The notes: generated by a model not told the origin, from the sequence alone. Shown: positions 12,949-26,880, numbered from the stretch's first letter. The stretch: 64,000 nt of DNA from Octopus bimaculoides (GCF_001194135.2 NC_068981.1:61161189-61225188); one strand, 5' to 3'. Numbers and translations are program-made.

Positions 12949-13104
12949 TTTTAAGTATTTTGCTCAGTTCGTTTATATGTTCTACTCTCTATTGTTCCGT
13001 AAGATGCTAACGGGAGTTAGTGTTTTTCTGTTTCATAATTTTCTGTTTCAATTCTAATAAGGATGGCTTGATCTCATACTTACGTGATATAATTACTACT
13101 GGAT

Positions 13105-13400
13105 GGCTATGAAAGTTACACCCCTGCAATGTTCTGTTGTATGTTCTTCCCTTTTTATTATAGACCAGTTGGTTGTATGCGACATTCCATTTCGTTTCAG
13201 CCTCCAGATGGGGTTAGATTATGATATGCAGTGCCTTTTGTTTTCCTCAGAAAATGACGTAAAATGTTTGCGCAGATTTTTCATGGTGCCTCCGGTACCA
13301 ACTATGTATGCATATTTGTAGTGCTTTCACCTTCATCTCACAATTATATACCATGCGGTTGTTATTCAATTTGAATCGAATGTTTCTTCGACGATCGCTG
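13105..13400 (-). mobile_element. PLE GIY-YIG endonuclease C-terminal remnant
   Basis: Minus-strand translation ..IWRLKRNGMSHTTNWSIIK..RTYNRTLQGCN.. matches the 'IWxLK..W.I...Y....CNLC' PLE motif also seen at 46730-46900. Confidence 0.5.
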
Positions 13401-14358
13401 GACTGTTCCTTGGTCAGATATTTGCTGAAATCGCATATATATCACTACATATTTAAGAAGCATAACATGAAAGTGTCACACGCAACCTGCTCCAGCTTGG
13501 AGTAGCATAATCACCGAATCAACAATAAAGAAATAAATAAGGGCTCGAAAATCTCTCCTCAGTGAAATCTTAACTAATGAACCTGTAAACAATGCTCACT
13601 CGACCGACCCCCAGGAAGCCAACGCTAGATTATATAGCACGGATTTCCAATGACAGGAATCACACACTCACCAAAATTCTTGACCACGCTCTCGCGCTTG
13701 TGTACCATAACATGCCAACAAAGTTCTCTACTCCTATAGGGCTTCAATTCAATGCAATAAGCCCACGCAATTTTTATGAAATTCTTTCTATTTCTTAACT
13801 TAATGTTTTAATAACGACTTATTGACCACAAATATAACGCCCCACAATTTACTTTAGATTATATATGTTTTATCGTCTTTCTTTTGTTATCAACCACTAC
13901 CTGACCACAACTCCTTCACCTCTCCAAAATGTGTCTGAACTTTTAGCAACTCACCACAAGCATATAATGTTCGAGTGAAAACGAAATGTAAATCTTATAA
14001 ATGTTGAAGCAAGTTACGTTACCCGATTCAGTTTCCTGCATTGTGCGTTGCATCTGATGTCAATACATCGTCTCATTCCCACTAAGATGCAGTGCAGAAA
14101 GAAGTGGAAACGATTGTTGTGCTAAACAAATCTTCTATTTACACACTGTCTCCGAACGAATCGTTTAAATTATACCCAAGGTATGCCTAGGATTTCCGGA
14201 CGTAGGGCTTGCGACGGGTGCGCACAAGCGCCGATGGCACCTGGTAGCCATGAGTGGCGAACGTCCTGCGTAGTATCAAAACATGGGACTTACTCCAAAC
14301 AAGGTTTGCATACTGCATTTAATACCTCCTTTCTACACCTGAATTTAAAATTTTGAAT

Positions 14359-14397
<39 letters not shown>

Positions 14398-14419
14398 ATA
14401 TATATACACATATACATAG

Positions 14420-14510
14420 NNNNNNNNNNNNNNNNNNNNNNNNNNNNNNNNNNNNNNNNNNNNNNNNNNNNNNNNNNNNNNNNNNNNNNNNNNNNNNNNN
14501 NNNNNNNNNN
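14420..14510. other. Assembly gap (91 N)
   Basis: N run. Confidence 1.
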
Positions 14511-15797
14511 TATATATAATTATAAATCAAACCAAGAAAAAGACCATTTCTTTCAAATGGATGGAAAACATCCAATTTTCATTAGCAACACAAATAAGTA
14601 AGTAGCACAAATAATAGTGTGTACTTACAATATACAAATATCTAAAGGAATAGATAAATACAATTAACATAATAAAAGTTATTTACATTATAATATAATA
14701 TAATATAATATATTATAATATAATATAATATAATGTAACACAAAGAGATATAATATTATATAACAAACGATTAAAACAAATATAAATCCAACAATTTGTT
14801 TCGACTAGATTTATAAAAATTCACATTCATACATATGAGTCTCGCCAGTAGATATTTCTTTAAAAAACAAGCAAAAAGTCCATGCAAGGACTGCTAACTT
14901 ATAAAAGAGACTGATTTAAAATATACCTGTGTTTACAAGCCTGTCCATTAATAATTCAAAAATATAATACAATAAAAACAAAAACAATATTCAAATATAA
15001 AAAATATGTAAAGAAAATTTATAACAGTCATAAAATGGTTTTATGGACGTCCAATAACATTAATCTAAATATATTTTAATCGAAATTATTTGTAATTATT
15101 TGTAATTTTATTATACAAGATCTATGTAATTTGTTAAATTTTTTTGTGGTGGAGTAGCAACTATATTTTATTTTAAATTATCATATACTATAAGGAAAAT
15201 AATAGATAAAGAAGGATATATTCTGTGCAGACACTAAATTCATTGAAAATATCTTTATTCAACGATGGATTCACCCAAAAGTTTTTATTAAATACGGTGA
15301 GGGTAAATAAATGTATAAAGTTACAATTATTATAAATTTTACTATTCCTTAGACAAAAATGATAATAATATATAAATAAAGTATAACAATGTTACTTAGT
15401 TTTACAGACGGAAATAAATTAGAATAAAACAATAGTTATATTATTCTCTAAATTCTCATGTGTATACAAGTTCGAAAGAACATAATATGATAATATATAC
15501 TAAATACACGAAATATTCGTATATGTATAATTATTCATATATATATATATATAATTATATATAATAATATATAATAACTATTCTCATTTATTTATTTGTA
15601 CTAATATAAACTTTATTCTTAAAGTAAAAACACAAATTTACTTTCTTCATGAGAGGAAAATACCATCGTTGATCAATGTTTTTATATTTATATATTAATT
15701 GCTTACCGAAAAATAACTGGAAATATGTACTTACAATAGAAATCGTTTTTGATCATGATACAACCTTTAATAAAATTAGAAGCTAATTCCAACTCTG

Positions 15798-16454
15798 NNN
15801 NNNNNNNNNNNNNNNNNNNNNNNNNNNNNNNNNNNNNNNNNNNNNNNNNNNNNNNNNNNNNNNNNNNNNNNNNNNNNNNNNNNNNNNNNNNNNNNNNNNN
15901 NNNNNNNNNNNNNNNNNNNNNNNNNNNNNNNNNNNNNNNNNNNNNNNNNNNNNNNNNNNNNNNNNNNNNNNNNNNNNNNNNNNNNNNNNNNNNNNNNNNN
16001 NNNNNNNNNNNNNNNNNNNNNNNNNNNNNNNNNNNNNNNNNNNNNNNNNNNNNNNNNNNNNNNNNNNNNNNNNNNNNNNNNNNNNNNNNNNNNNNNNNNN
16101 NNNNNNNNNNNNNNNNNNNNNNNNNNNNNNNNNNNNNNNNNNNNNNNNNNNNNNNNNNNNNNNNNNNNNNNNNNNNNNNNNNNNNNNNNNNNNNNNNNNN
16201 NNNNNNNNNNNNNNNNNNNNNNNNNNNNNNNNNNNNNNNNNNNNNNNNNNNNNNNNNNNNNNNNNNNNNNNNNNNNNNNNNNNNNNNNNNNNNNNNNNNN
16301 NNNNNNNNNNNNNNNNNNNNNNNNNNNNNNNNNNNNNNNNNNNNNNNNNNNNNNNNNNNNNNNNNNNNNNNNNNNNNNNNNNNNNNNNNNNNNNNNNNNN
16401 NNNNNNNNNNNNNNNNNNNNNNNNNNNNNNNNNNNNNNNNNNNNNNNNNNNNNN
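15798..16454. other. Assembly gap (657 N)
   Basis: N run. Confidence 1.
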
Positions 16455-18049
16455 TATACATACACATATATTTCGGATTGAGGATGTTTCAAAAGCTAGA
16501 AATGCTGTGTTTGGGATTCCGATAAAAAGGCAACACTCGGTACATGACTTCATTTTACACCTTTTACCATGTGAGAAAATTTTTTCTCCATATTACCTAC
16601 AGTGAATATCCCCTTAGAAGTTGAAATATATCACAAACATGTATGAACTAGTCTAAAGTTCTCTTATGCCAAAACATTGCTTGGCTCCGTTACTGCTGAA
16701 ATCATGTATAAACACAACAAATAAAGCACATTACATTATTTGCAGCCGGGGAAAAAAGTGAATTCCGAATTTTCTTTTACTTCTTCATTCCATTTCTGTT
16801 CATATGCCATATTTTCCCCTCTATTTACTATATGCATTTATCTAGTATCTACCAAATATCTCTCCTTTTAAGCGTATTGAACTAAGTATAGACGTATTTT
16901 CTGTCACACGGAAATTTTATTTAACAATTTGTTATTTGCCAATTATATTTTATGTCAGGAATTGTTTTGGGCAACGTTCTTGAGATAACTGTGTCGTTTT
17001 GCCTGAAACCTAAGGCATTTCTTTTTTCAGCATCTAAGTTTAATTAAAAAAAAAAAAGAAACAAGCACCCTGCTGTTTTATTTTTGATTTTGCCGAACGG
17101 CCTAGGAATATGTTAACCTAATGTATATAAATAGATCAAATTTAAATTTACCTATATTTTTATATTTTTCTCTACTCTCTGTACATTATCTCGCTATATG
17201 TTCTTCATCATTCGAAAAGTTTATGCGTTGCCTATATTTATAATACTTTTACAACGCATTGCATTTATTTAATATTTTTAGAAAATAAAATAATAATCGT
17301 TGGCAAGTTCACCTTTGATATTCTTGAATATGTATGAATAAATCAATCGAATTTGTACATTAGAAACAAATTTACTGTGAATTGAGTTGTTATGTTCGTT
17401 CACAGATTCAGAACATAAACGGTCGAAGAAATGAACAACTATGCACTCACATTACACCGGAGAAATAGCGAATATCTAGATACCAAGAAACAGTTGAATG
17501 AAATGCGATGTGTTCGGATTTGAGAAGGCCCAGTTTTTAACGCAGATAATAGTATTATAAGAAAGAAGGGGAAGTTTTAATGAAGTGCAAAAATTATGAA
17601 ATAATATTCAATGCTTATAAACGTTTGATATGTTAAAGCTAAGCGAAAATTCCATTAGTTAAAAATTAGAGAAAGATTTCAATTATTTATAAGTCATTTA
17701 AAAAATGAGTGGTAGTACTTTAGCTTCGTTGTGGTTAACACATTCCAAAATAAGTATTGAATTAACCAGCAATCAGTGTAAACAATTCTGTCTAATATGG
17801 TAATTAATACTTATTTCCACGGCTAGAGCAAATGAAACATAGAGAAAGATATGATGAGTAAAATATGCTGAACAAAATCAGGAACGTAAATATATGTATT
17901 GATAATATATACCGAAGCTTATGCCAAGCTGAATAATAAGGATCCTTGGTCTCCTTAATAGTAATACGATTTAATATCCACTATCATTACCCTGTGTTCC
18001 TGTTTCAACTGAGTATAGAGCAACAAGTATTAAAAATTGAAATGAAATC

Positions 18050-18440
18050 CTACTACGGTGGCAAAAACATTAGGATGCATTAATTGGTTAGTTGAATGAA
18101 TTTAAAAATATTTCGCACGTATAAGTGTGGCGACAACCCTTTGGATTTGAAGGAATTCCAACAGAAACGTAGGGAGAAATACTTTACTTGTTCTGCAGTG
18201 CACACTTACGTGCGAATATCAAAGTTCAAGATGAACGAAGTGATGCAATACAAAAGGTGTTTTATAAACAAAAGTGTGGACGGGTGTAAAGGAGTAATTA
18301 TTGGAAGTCGGATTTTTTACAGTGGGTTTTCTATGGTGAATCTGAACGCAAAATTAAGTGCAACTGTGGGATTTCAGGAATTTGCTTAAAATGCATGGAA
18401 CCGAGTTCATTGTAATGGTGAATTTGTTATTAAACTTATG
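18050..18440 (+). mobile_element. Highly decayed Tc1/mariner-like remnant
   Basis: TIR-like TACTACGGTGGCAAAAACATTAGGA at about 18050; weak similarity to a transposase C-terminus near 18350-18420. Confidence 0.3.
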
Positions 18441-19149
18441 AGGGAGATTTGTAATCTATGCTGAGCCTGCGGTGTTCTTACGATTCTCCAGCTTGATTGG
18501 TGGAAATCCTGTGGTTTTATTATATAGTGCATCGCCTTTTACGTGTATAAGAAGACATTCTATAGTTTCAGTAATATTCATTATAAATTTATTGTCTTAC
18601 TTGAATGGACGTACCATTATACATTCATATTCTAAAGTAACCATTTCGCTTCAAAGTTCCTGTGGATCAAATAGAAGAAATACTGACCCTAACACCACTT
18701 ATTGCGCTTGAAGTTTTTTTTTTAAATACCACCTTCTAAAACATGCTCAAAATATAGTTTGAAAGGATATAATTTGGTTCATGAAGCAAGAAAGTGCATT
18801 TATGAAGTCAACAGCTAACTTGTAAGTTAATTCAATAGTTTCAAAAATCACTATCTTTTATGCTGGCAGTGCTATGACATTTATTATTCAAAATTAGGTT
18901 ATGGTAAATTTCATCGCATTGCACTGCATGTTGGACATTTGCATATGAAATCTTCGTAGTTCTTCAAATCAAATCAAATCAAATGAGTATATAATGGTCT
19001 GGTGTCTCTATGTTGATAGCTTATGCAACTGAATCCCGTAACAATAATACTTTCCAATATTTTCACACGGCCAGTAATTATGCAGGGTAAGGGTCAGTCA
19101 ATTATATCGACCCCAGCAACCCTGTAAAATTTATTTTATTGGTGAAATG

Positions 19150-19300
19150 AGCGAAATGCTTAGTGGTATTTCGTCTGTCTTTACGTTGTGAGTTCAAATT
19201 TCGCCGAGGTCTACTCTGTCTTTCATTCTTTCGGTGTCGATAAATTAAGCGGCAGTTGGTTCCCTCCCCCAAATTTTCAGGGCTTGTGTCTGGAGGAGAA
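19150..19300 (+). mobile_element. SINE family A, 5'-truncated copy
   Basis: GAAATGCTTAGTGGTATTTCGTCTG..GAGTTCAAATTTCGCCGAGGTC matches family A. Confidence 0.8.
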
Positions 19301-19324
19301 AATAATATTTATTTCATCGAGCCT

Positions 19325-19440
19325 GACAAGAGGAAAGGTTAAGTCAGCCTCGGTAGCATCTGAACTCGGAAATTAAACCTGAAGAAATGCCTCGAAGCAT
19401 TTAGTTCGGCGTGCTAGCGATATTGCCAGTTGACTGTCTA
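19325..19440 (-). mobile_element. SINE family A, degenerate inverted copy
   Basis: ..AAGCATTTAGTTCGGCGTGCTAGCGATATTGCCAGTT is the reverse complement of the family A head. Confidence 0.6.
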
Positions 19441-20361
19441 TATCATGTAAAATGATAAAAATAACTACCTGAGCTATTTTACTAAAGAAAGGTGAAATAA
19501 TTTCCCTGAATACGAATTGGACTTTAGGAAGGCATCCAATAATGTGAAGTAATACAAATGCAACAAATATTTAGGAAAAGTCACAAGAAGCGTTAATGAA
19601 ATCACTTTCCCTGCAGATAGTAACTTAACTACAATTATATTTTCATAAAATTTAATTATTCATCGTACAGATTACAGATGAGCTTCGATATTACCTCCAA
19701 ATTTGTTAATCCTCACATGAACTCCAGTACATAATTTAATAACTCTGGTTGATTAATCCACGACAAATTAAGTGAACACCTAATTACGTGCTACGAATAT
19801 AAACGGACAAAAATATATGTACATGCTTTACACATAAGAAACAAGGTGTATAAAGGAAGGTATGGATTATGCCTTTATTTATTGCACACGGAAAAAATAT
19901 ATTGTTCAGTTTACACGCACATATTTCGATACACTAATACACTATTCATTAATTCATGATTGCTTAAGCTGATAGGTAATTCCGAATGGGGAGCTGATTT
20001 TAAACGCTATTTGATTCTCTGATTCCGTATTATTTACTATTTATTTACACATGAACACACACGAACACACATGCACACACATGAACACACACGCACACAA
20101 ACGCACATACACACTCAAATATATGTAAATATTATGCAGCAAATTTCAGTCACGATATATTATATAACTATTCACTATTGTTAGAAAATAGTTGCCTGGA
20201 ATGCATGAAATACTATAGTGAACAATAACCTCAAAACTATATGATCTTTACAACACAACCAAAAATTGCAATACCAGAATCCTAAAACAGTCTGACAATT
20301 GGACTGTTTTTTACGTTTTAGACATATATATATTTACGTATATACATACGTTATTACGTAG

Positions 20362-20399
<38 letters not shown>

Positions 20400-21138
20400 N
20401 NNNNNNNNNNNNNNNNNNNNNNNNNNNNNNNNNNNNNNNNNNNNNNNNNNNNNNNNNNNNNNNNNNNNNNNNNNNNNNNNNNNNNNNNNNNNNNNNNNNN
20501 NNNNNNNNNNNNNNNNNNNNNNNNNNNNNNNNNNNNNNNNNNNNNNNNNNNNNNNNNNNNNNNNNNNNNNNNNNNNNNNNNNNNNNNNNNNNNNNNNNNN
20601 NNNNNNNNNNNNNNNNNNNNNNNNNNNNNNNNNNNNNNNNNNNNNNNNNNNNNNNNNNNNNNNNNNNNNNNNNNNNNNNNNNNNNNNNNNNNNNNNNNNN
20701 NNNNNNNNNNNNNNNNNNNNNNNNNNNNNNNNNNNNNNNNNNNNNNNNNNNNNNNNNNNNNNNNNNNNNNNNNNNNNNNNNNNNNNNNNNNNNNNNNNNN
20801 NNNNNNNNNNNNNNNNNNNNNNNNNNNNNNNNNNNNNNNNNNNNNNNNNNNNNNNNNNNNNNNNNNNNNNNNNNNNNNNNNNNNNNNNNNNNNNNNNNNN
20901 NNNNNNNNNNNNNNNNNNNNNNNNNNNNNNNNNNNNNNNNNNNNNNNNNNNNNNNNNNNNNNNNNNNNNNNNNNNNNNNNNNNNNNNNNNNNNNNNNNNN
21001 NNNNNNNNNNNNNNNNNNNNNNNNNNNNNNNNNNNNNNNNNNNNNNNNNNNNNNNNNNNNNNNNNNNNNNNNNNNNNNNNNNNNNNNNNNNNNNNNNNNN
21101 NNNNNNNNNNNNNNNNNNNNNNNNNNNNNNNNNNNNNG
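20400..21138. other. Assembly gap (739 N)
   Basis: N run. Confidence 1.
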
Positions 21139-21286
21139 GACACTGCTGACCGCCCCTGTTCGAAGGTTATAAAGGACACAGGTTTCGTGTGTCACATAGC
21201 TAGCTAGAGGCGATGGCTTCTTGCAGCTAATTCACGGCAGCTTTCGTCCTAATTTTGGGACTGCCATGTTGGCTTGGCGATAACTA

Positions 21287-21324
<38 letters not shown>

Positions 21325-21334
21325 TATAGATATA

Positions 21335-22364
21335 GGGAGAATTCACAGAAAAAGAACAAAGCAGATGAAGACAGGTGGTGTCGTAAAACAAATATATGTA
21401 TTAGTATAACCCTCGGGAATTGAGAAAAATGTTACGTTTCGAGCGTACGCTCTTCCCCAGAAAGGATCACAGAAAGAAAGAAGGAGAGAAAGAAGGAGAA
21501 AAAAAAAGGGGCTAGTGGTCACCGATCTATCATGGCGTATGCCAGAAAGAAGGGTAACACAGAAGCGTTAAGAAGAAGGGGACACAACAAAATAGTGTGA
21601 TCCCAAAACGAGGGTTCGTGTGTATAAGAGAATGCTGGTGATCTTAACGTATGAATGTGTGTATATAGGTGTGAAAATGTGGGGATGTGAATTGGTCAGT
21701 GCTGGTCTGTGCGTGGTGGTGTGTTGTAATGTGATATGTTGTCCGGTATGGTGTAGCGTGGTGTGGTGTGATGGTGTTGGGAGGTGGTGAGTCGAGGGTG
21801 TTGAAAGCACAGGTGGACCGTGGGTTAAAGGTGGGGGTATATGGGTAGGCAGAGGTGAGGGTATGGGGGTATGGTGGAGAGGGTGTAAGGGATGGGATGG
21901 GGTGGGATGGGAAGGAATGGGAAGGTGGGGTAGGTGTGTGTAGAGGGGGGAGTGGGCTTATGAGGGAGGGTTGACGATGAAGGGGACGGGGAAGGTGGGT
22001 ATGAGAAAGAGAGAATGAGAATAAGAGAGAAGAGAGAAAGAGAGTAGGGGTAAAGAGAAGTAGGAGTGAAGAGAAGTAAAGAGAAGTAAAGAGAAGTAGG
22101 AGTCGGAGCAAGAGAAGAGACGTGGGTGGGAGGAAGTAGGAGGGAGGGGAGACGAGGAGAGAGGCAGAGAGGCAAGAGATGCAAGTAGAGGAGGTTAGAT
22201 GAAGAGGGGAGGAGAGTTGAGACCATGTGGAGCAAAGGCGCGAATAGAGAAGATTGATTCCTGTTCACGGCGCAAACGGGAGTCCGGATGGCAACATTGC
22301 AACGACAATCCGAGCACGGACAGGTGTTGCAAAGAGTGACCGGTAGAGCGGAAATGGCGTGACA
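21335..22364 (-). mobile_element. Penelope-like element 3' end (GIY-YIG C-terminus, C-rich UTR, terminal segment)
   Basis: 22195-22364 encodes SRHFRSTGHSLQHLSVLGLSLQC..RLRREQESIFSIRAFAPHGLN, a typical PLE GIY-YIG C-terminus. The terminal segment is homologous to 40459-40610. Truncated by a gap. Confidence 0.85.
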
Positions 22365-23104
22365 NNNNNNNNNNNNNNNNNNNNNNNNNNNNNNNNNNNN
22401 NNNNNNNNNNNNNNNNNNNNNNNNNNNNNNNNNNNNNNNNNNNNNNNNNNNNNNNNNNNNNNNNNNNNNNNNNNNNNNNNNNNNNNNNNNNNNNNNNNNN
22501 NNNNNNNNNNNNNNNNNNNNNNNNNNNNNNNNNNNNNNNNNNNNNNNNNNNNNNNNNNNNNNNNNNNNNNNNNNNNNNNNNNNNNNNNNNNNNNNNNNNN
22601 NNNNNNNNNNNNNNNNNNNNNNNNNNNNNNNNNNNNNNNNNNNNNNNNNNNNNNNNNNNNNNNNNNNNNNNNNNNNNNNNNNNNNNNNNNNNNNNNNNNN
22701 NNNNNNNNNNNNNNNNNNNNNNNNNNNNNNNNNNNNNNNNNNNNNNNNNNNNNNNNNNNNNNNNNNNNNNNNNNNNNNNNNNNNNNNNNNNNNNNNNNNN
22801 NNNNNNNNNNNNNNNNNNNNNNNNNNNNNNNNNNNNNNNNNNNNNNNNNNNNNNNNNNNNNNNNNNNNNNNNNNNNNNNNNNNNNNNNNNNNNNNNNNNN
22901 NNNNNNNNNNNNNNNNNNNNNNNNNNNNNNNNNNNNNNNNNNNNNNNNNNNNNNNNNNNNNNNNNNNNNNNNNNNNNNNNNNNNNNNNNNNNNNNNNNNN
23001 NNNNNNNNNNNNNNNNNNNNNNNNNNNNNNNNNNNNNNNNNNNNNNNNNNNNNNNNNNNNNNNNNNNNNNNNNNNNNNNNNNNNNNNNNNNNNNNNNNNN
23101 NNNN
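22365..23104. other. Assembly gap (740 N)
   Basis: N run. Confidence 1.
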
Positions 23105-23364
23105 GTTTGTATGTATGCATATATATATGTTAAGGATTGCGCGCGTGTATATCTGTACTTGTACAAATTATTGCTATGTGTTGCTCATTATGAATAGCAT
23201 GATTAATTCAATTTATATGTTTATATCTCTATCTTCTCTGTACGTTCAAAGTAGATCTCGAGTGGTGTTTTCATGAAACAAAATGTTTTTCTTTCCAATT
23301 TGTTAATCTAACAAGTTGCTAACAAATAAAACGATGTAACATCTGATGATGTGTCATCATTTCT

Positions 23365-23732
<368 letters not shown>

Positions 23733-24936
23733 GTTACTGAGAAGTGTGCTAGCTTTAAGAAGATGGTAATCCCAAAACAACAGAAACTGACAATATGATA
23801 TGATATGTGGCAATTACTTCTCTTATGGCACTATACACCGCTGTAGCGTGAGCAATACAAAAACGTGTAGGCTACAAGGCTGTTAAAAGAAGAATGAAGA
23901 GAAAAACGCACTAGTTTGAAAGATGGTGAGAAACTAGCATTAAGTGCTTGATTCAGGAAAGCAGATTCTTAAACATGATGCACAAAAAAGAATCGTTTAA
24001 GTATGGAAATAAAATACAATGTGGAACATGCAAAACGAAACTAAAAAAATAAGTGCTCTAAATGAAGAACAGAAATAAAGTGTGACAAGAAAGTCAGCTT
24101 AGATAAAATCGATAAAAAGATAGAAAAGACTACTTTCAGGAGAAAATCTGCTTTCAAATTAATCCGAAGATACGGGTTGATAAATCGAAGGAGAAGAAAG
24201 ACAGCAATGAAGTGCCAGTTGCAAAGTTAAGCACAACATTTCGGAGTGACAAATGGTGCAAGAATGATATCCATTATGAAGGGTCAAGATTAATTAAAGC
24301 AGTACAAAAGGGAGCATAATATGAGATGGACATAGTGATAATCCTAGAGCTTATTGCAAAGCAGTCTTCTAATTACAAAATAGGACGAACTGAAACATGG
24401 TTGGCTGAAGCATATTCAAACACTAAGATAGATACTGCATATACCATTCAGTGAATAACTTCAGAGAAAATGTATGAATTTCGTGTGACTGGCAAACCTG
24501 ACTTTTAGATATAAAATAATACACTAATTATACAACACGGTAAAGGCCAAATTAAATAATAACTGTTTAATCTTTTATTCCGTGTTCCTTTTTCTTAACT
24601 CACTCAATATGTTCCTAGAAACCGCAGCACAATCATCTATGGTAAACAGCACTCGCCCTTATATTTACCTATTGATTAAAACCGGGCTCTCGTTAATTCA
24701 CGAGGATGTTTATGTAGGATATCTATGAATATATGACGGGAGGTAAGAATTAAGAACAGGGAATAAAGATTAAACTGATGTTATTTTGGTTTTTAGCATA
24801 TTCTCTGTGTAGAGTATTGTTTGTAGCATTACATCAAATTTACTAAACGTACGTGCATTAACGGTAATGTAAAATGCAACAAATTCTTTAATACAAAACT
24901 TTTTAATATTTTCCTCGTGCTGATCACAATCCTCTC

Positions 24937-24977
<41 letters not shown>

Positions 24978-25200
24978 AGTAAAAATAAATACAAAAAAGG
25001 TGGGGGTTTTTTTATGATTGTGTATAGAGGAATATATTATTTTGCTTAAAAGAGTTCCAACACTGTCTGTTTTTTATTATTATTTATATTCCTGCAGAAC
25101 TAATGTGGGGTATAGAATATGGAATATACAATATATAATATGATATGCAATATACAATATAAAATAAAAATAAAATAAAAATGGATATATACATACATAT

Positions 25201-25244
<44 letters not shown>

Positions 25245-25486
25245 AAAGATGAGAGCCGAGTCTGAAGGTGTAGGAAGTTAGTAAGATTCGAACAGTCGGT
25301 TGAAGGTATATGTATGTAATTTATATGTAGCATCATATAAATGTGCGCCTCGTTTAACAGCGACGGCATATTATTTGTCAATGAACAGTTTGTGTTTGTG
25401 GACTATGAGACCTATAAATTCGAAGTCTGAGAGGTAATCCTCTCAAATATATATATATATGTGTGTATGCGTGTGTGAGTATGTGT

Positions 25487-25537
<51 letters not shown>

Positions 25538-25569
25538 TCTGTGTGTGTGATCCGAGTAAAGATCAGATC

Positions 25570-25680
25570 CTTTAGTCGAAGAAATTGACCGCTGGACTTA
25601 TACCTTATATGTCTGGTGCTTATTCTATCAGTCTGCTGGACAGCTAAATTAGAGGGACGCCAACACCCCAGCACACAAAC
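25570..25680 (-). mobile_element. SINE family B tail fragment
   Basis: CCTTTAGTCGAAGAAATTGACC..CTTATTCTATCAGTC matches the tail at 12605-12670. Confidence 0.6.
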
Positions 25681-25889
25681 ACACACACACGCACGCACCC
25701 ACGCACACACGCACACACACACACATGGGTTTGGAGGTAGTGGTGATGCTGGCTGGTGCGATTTTGTAGTTTGCTGGTATGCCAGGAGAGATCCAGTGGG
25801 CCCCTAACTGGTTCCCCGATCTTAAAAGTGCAATATGGACGTGTAATGATGGAGCGCCTGATGTGGTGGTGATGCTAGCTGGTGCAGTG

Positions 25890-26620
25890 ATCTTCATCAC
25901 AGTACTTCATGGTAGACAATATTTTGCGCGTATGTCACACTACGTGTTTGTCCTTTGTTATCCCAATTGTTTGTCATAACTCATACTTTTATATTGTTCA
26001 TAGCTCGTGCTCTTGAAAATGCGACATATAAATTGGCCATGAGAAAATACCGGTTGAGGCAAATGTATTCCAAATTTTTGAAATCATTGCCATTGAGCCT
26101 TATTAATTGTCACTGAATATACAAGTCGAAGTCGAAACTGAATTCTGTTCAGTGTGCATGGAAGATTTGCATCACTTGGGCTAAATTTAATTCTGGGAAT
26201 TAGAACTGTACGACCTCTGTTGGAGCGTGTTACCAATGATGCCTCTACACAATGTTCATGAAGTCTTTACACTTTCATGCGAGTTTCATTACATAATCCT
26301 TGACTGATCGAAATATTTCTTAGCAGCATTTAAGTTGAGGGAATGAGGAAGCACACCGGATATAGTGAGTGAGTTTATGAATTCAAATAGATAGTTCTGA
26401 ACCTCCCCTTCATTATTGCTGAACCTGTGTTTAAGTACGTTTTAAGTGCCTCTAGTAAAAAATTAAGGAATTTTTCATTTATTGCAAGACAATCAGAATT
26501 TTTAGGAAATAAAATTACTCGTGTTTTCATTTCTTCTGGCGTGCAGTTGTAGAAAATTTCTGATGACAAATGTACAAATTGCAATGCAAAAGATCGAAAT
26601 AATAAATGGATTTATGAATG
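25890..26620 (-). mobile_element. Helitron PIF1-type helicase C-terminal remnant
   Basis: Minus strand gives RVILFPKNSDCLAINEK..EFINSLTISGVLPHSLNL..QGLCNETRM..VLIPRIKFSPSDANLP..RLVYSVTINKAQ..GIHLPQPVFSHGQLYVAFSRAR..NIVYHEVL*, hallmark Helitron helicase motifs, with frameshifts and stops. Confidence 0.92.
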
Positions 26621-26691
26621 AAAGTTTAGTCACTGCGTTTATTTCCACCACGCGACACTTATTATTGCAAACATGTTTTAACTAACCTATA

Positions 26692-26692
<1 letters not shown>

Positions 26693-26757
<65 letters not shown>
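26693..26757. repeat. (CA)n-(TA)n microsatellite
   Basis: Directly visible. Confidence 0.95.
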
Positions 26758-26764
26758 GTCTCTA

Positions 26765-26880
26765 GTTGTAGCAGCAATTAAAAGGGGCCAGCCTTGGCAT
26801 ATTCTATGTGAAGCTGAATTTCCCTGAGAATTACGTTAATGTTATGCATGTCTGTGGAGTATCAGTCATTCGTGAGCTAA
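26765..26880 (+). mobile_element. SINE family D internal fragment
   Basis: GGGGCCAGCCTTG..TGTCTGTGGAGT matches 49214-49290 and 63012-63085. Confidence 0.65.

Noticed and set aside
21139-21290. GC-balanced stub between a gap and (TA)n
   Set aside because: Too short and truncated by the gap to classify.
14345-23276. Long ORFs (up to 431 aa) spanning N runs; the same applies at 47081-47680, 48469-49093, 53663-54149 and 61981-62682
   Set aside because: Artefacts of translating gaps as X. Only the 22195-22364 part is meaningful (PLE endonuclease).
23820-24450. Possible additional decayed LINE fragment after the trinucleotide array
   Set aside because: Purine-rich and coding-like, but I found no diagnostic motif.
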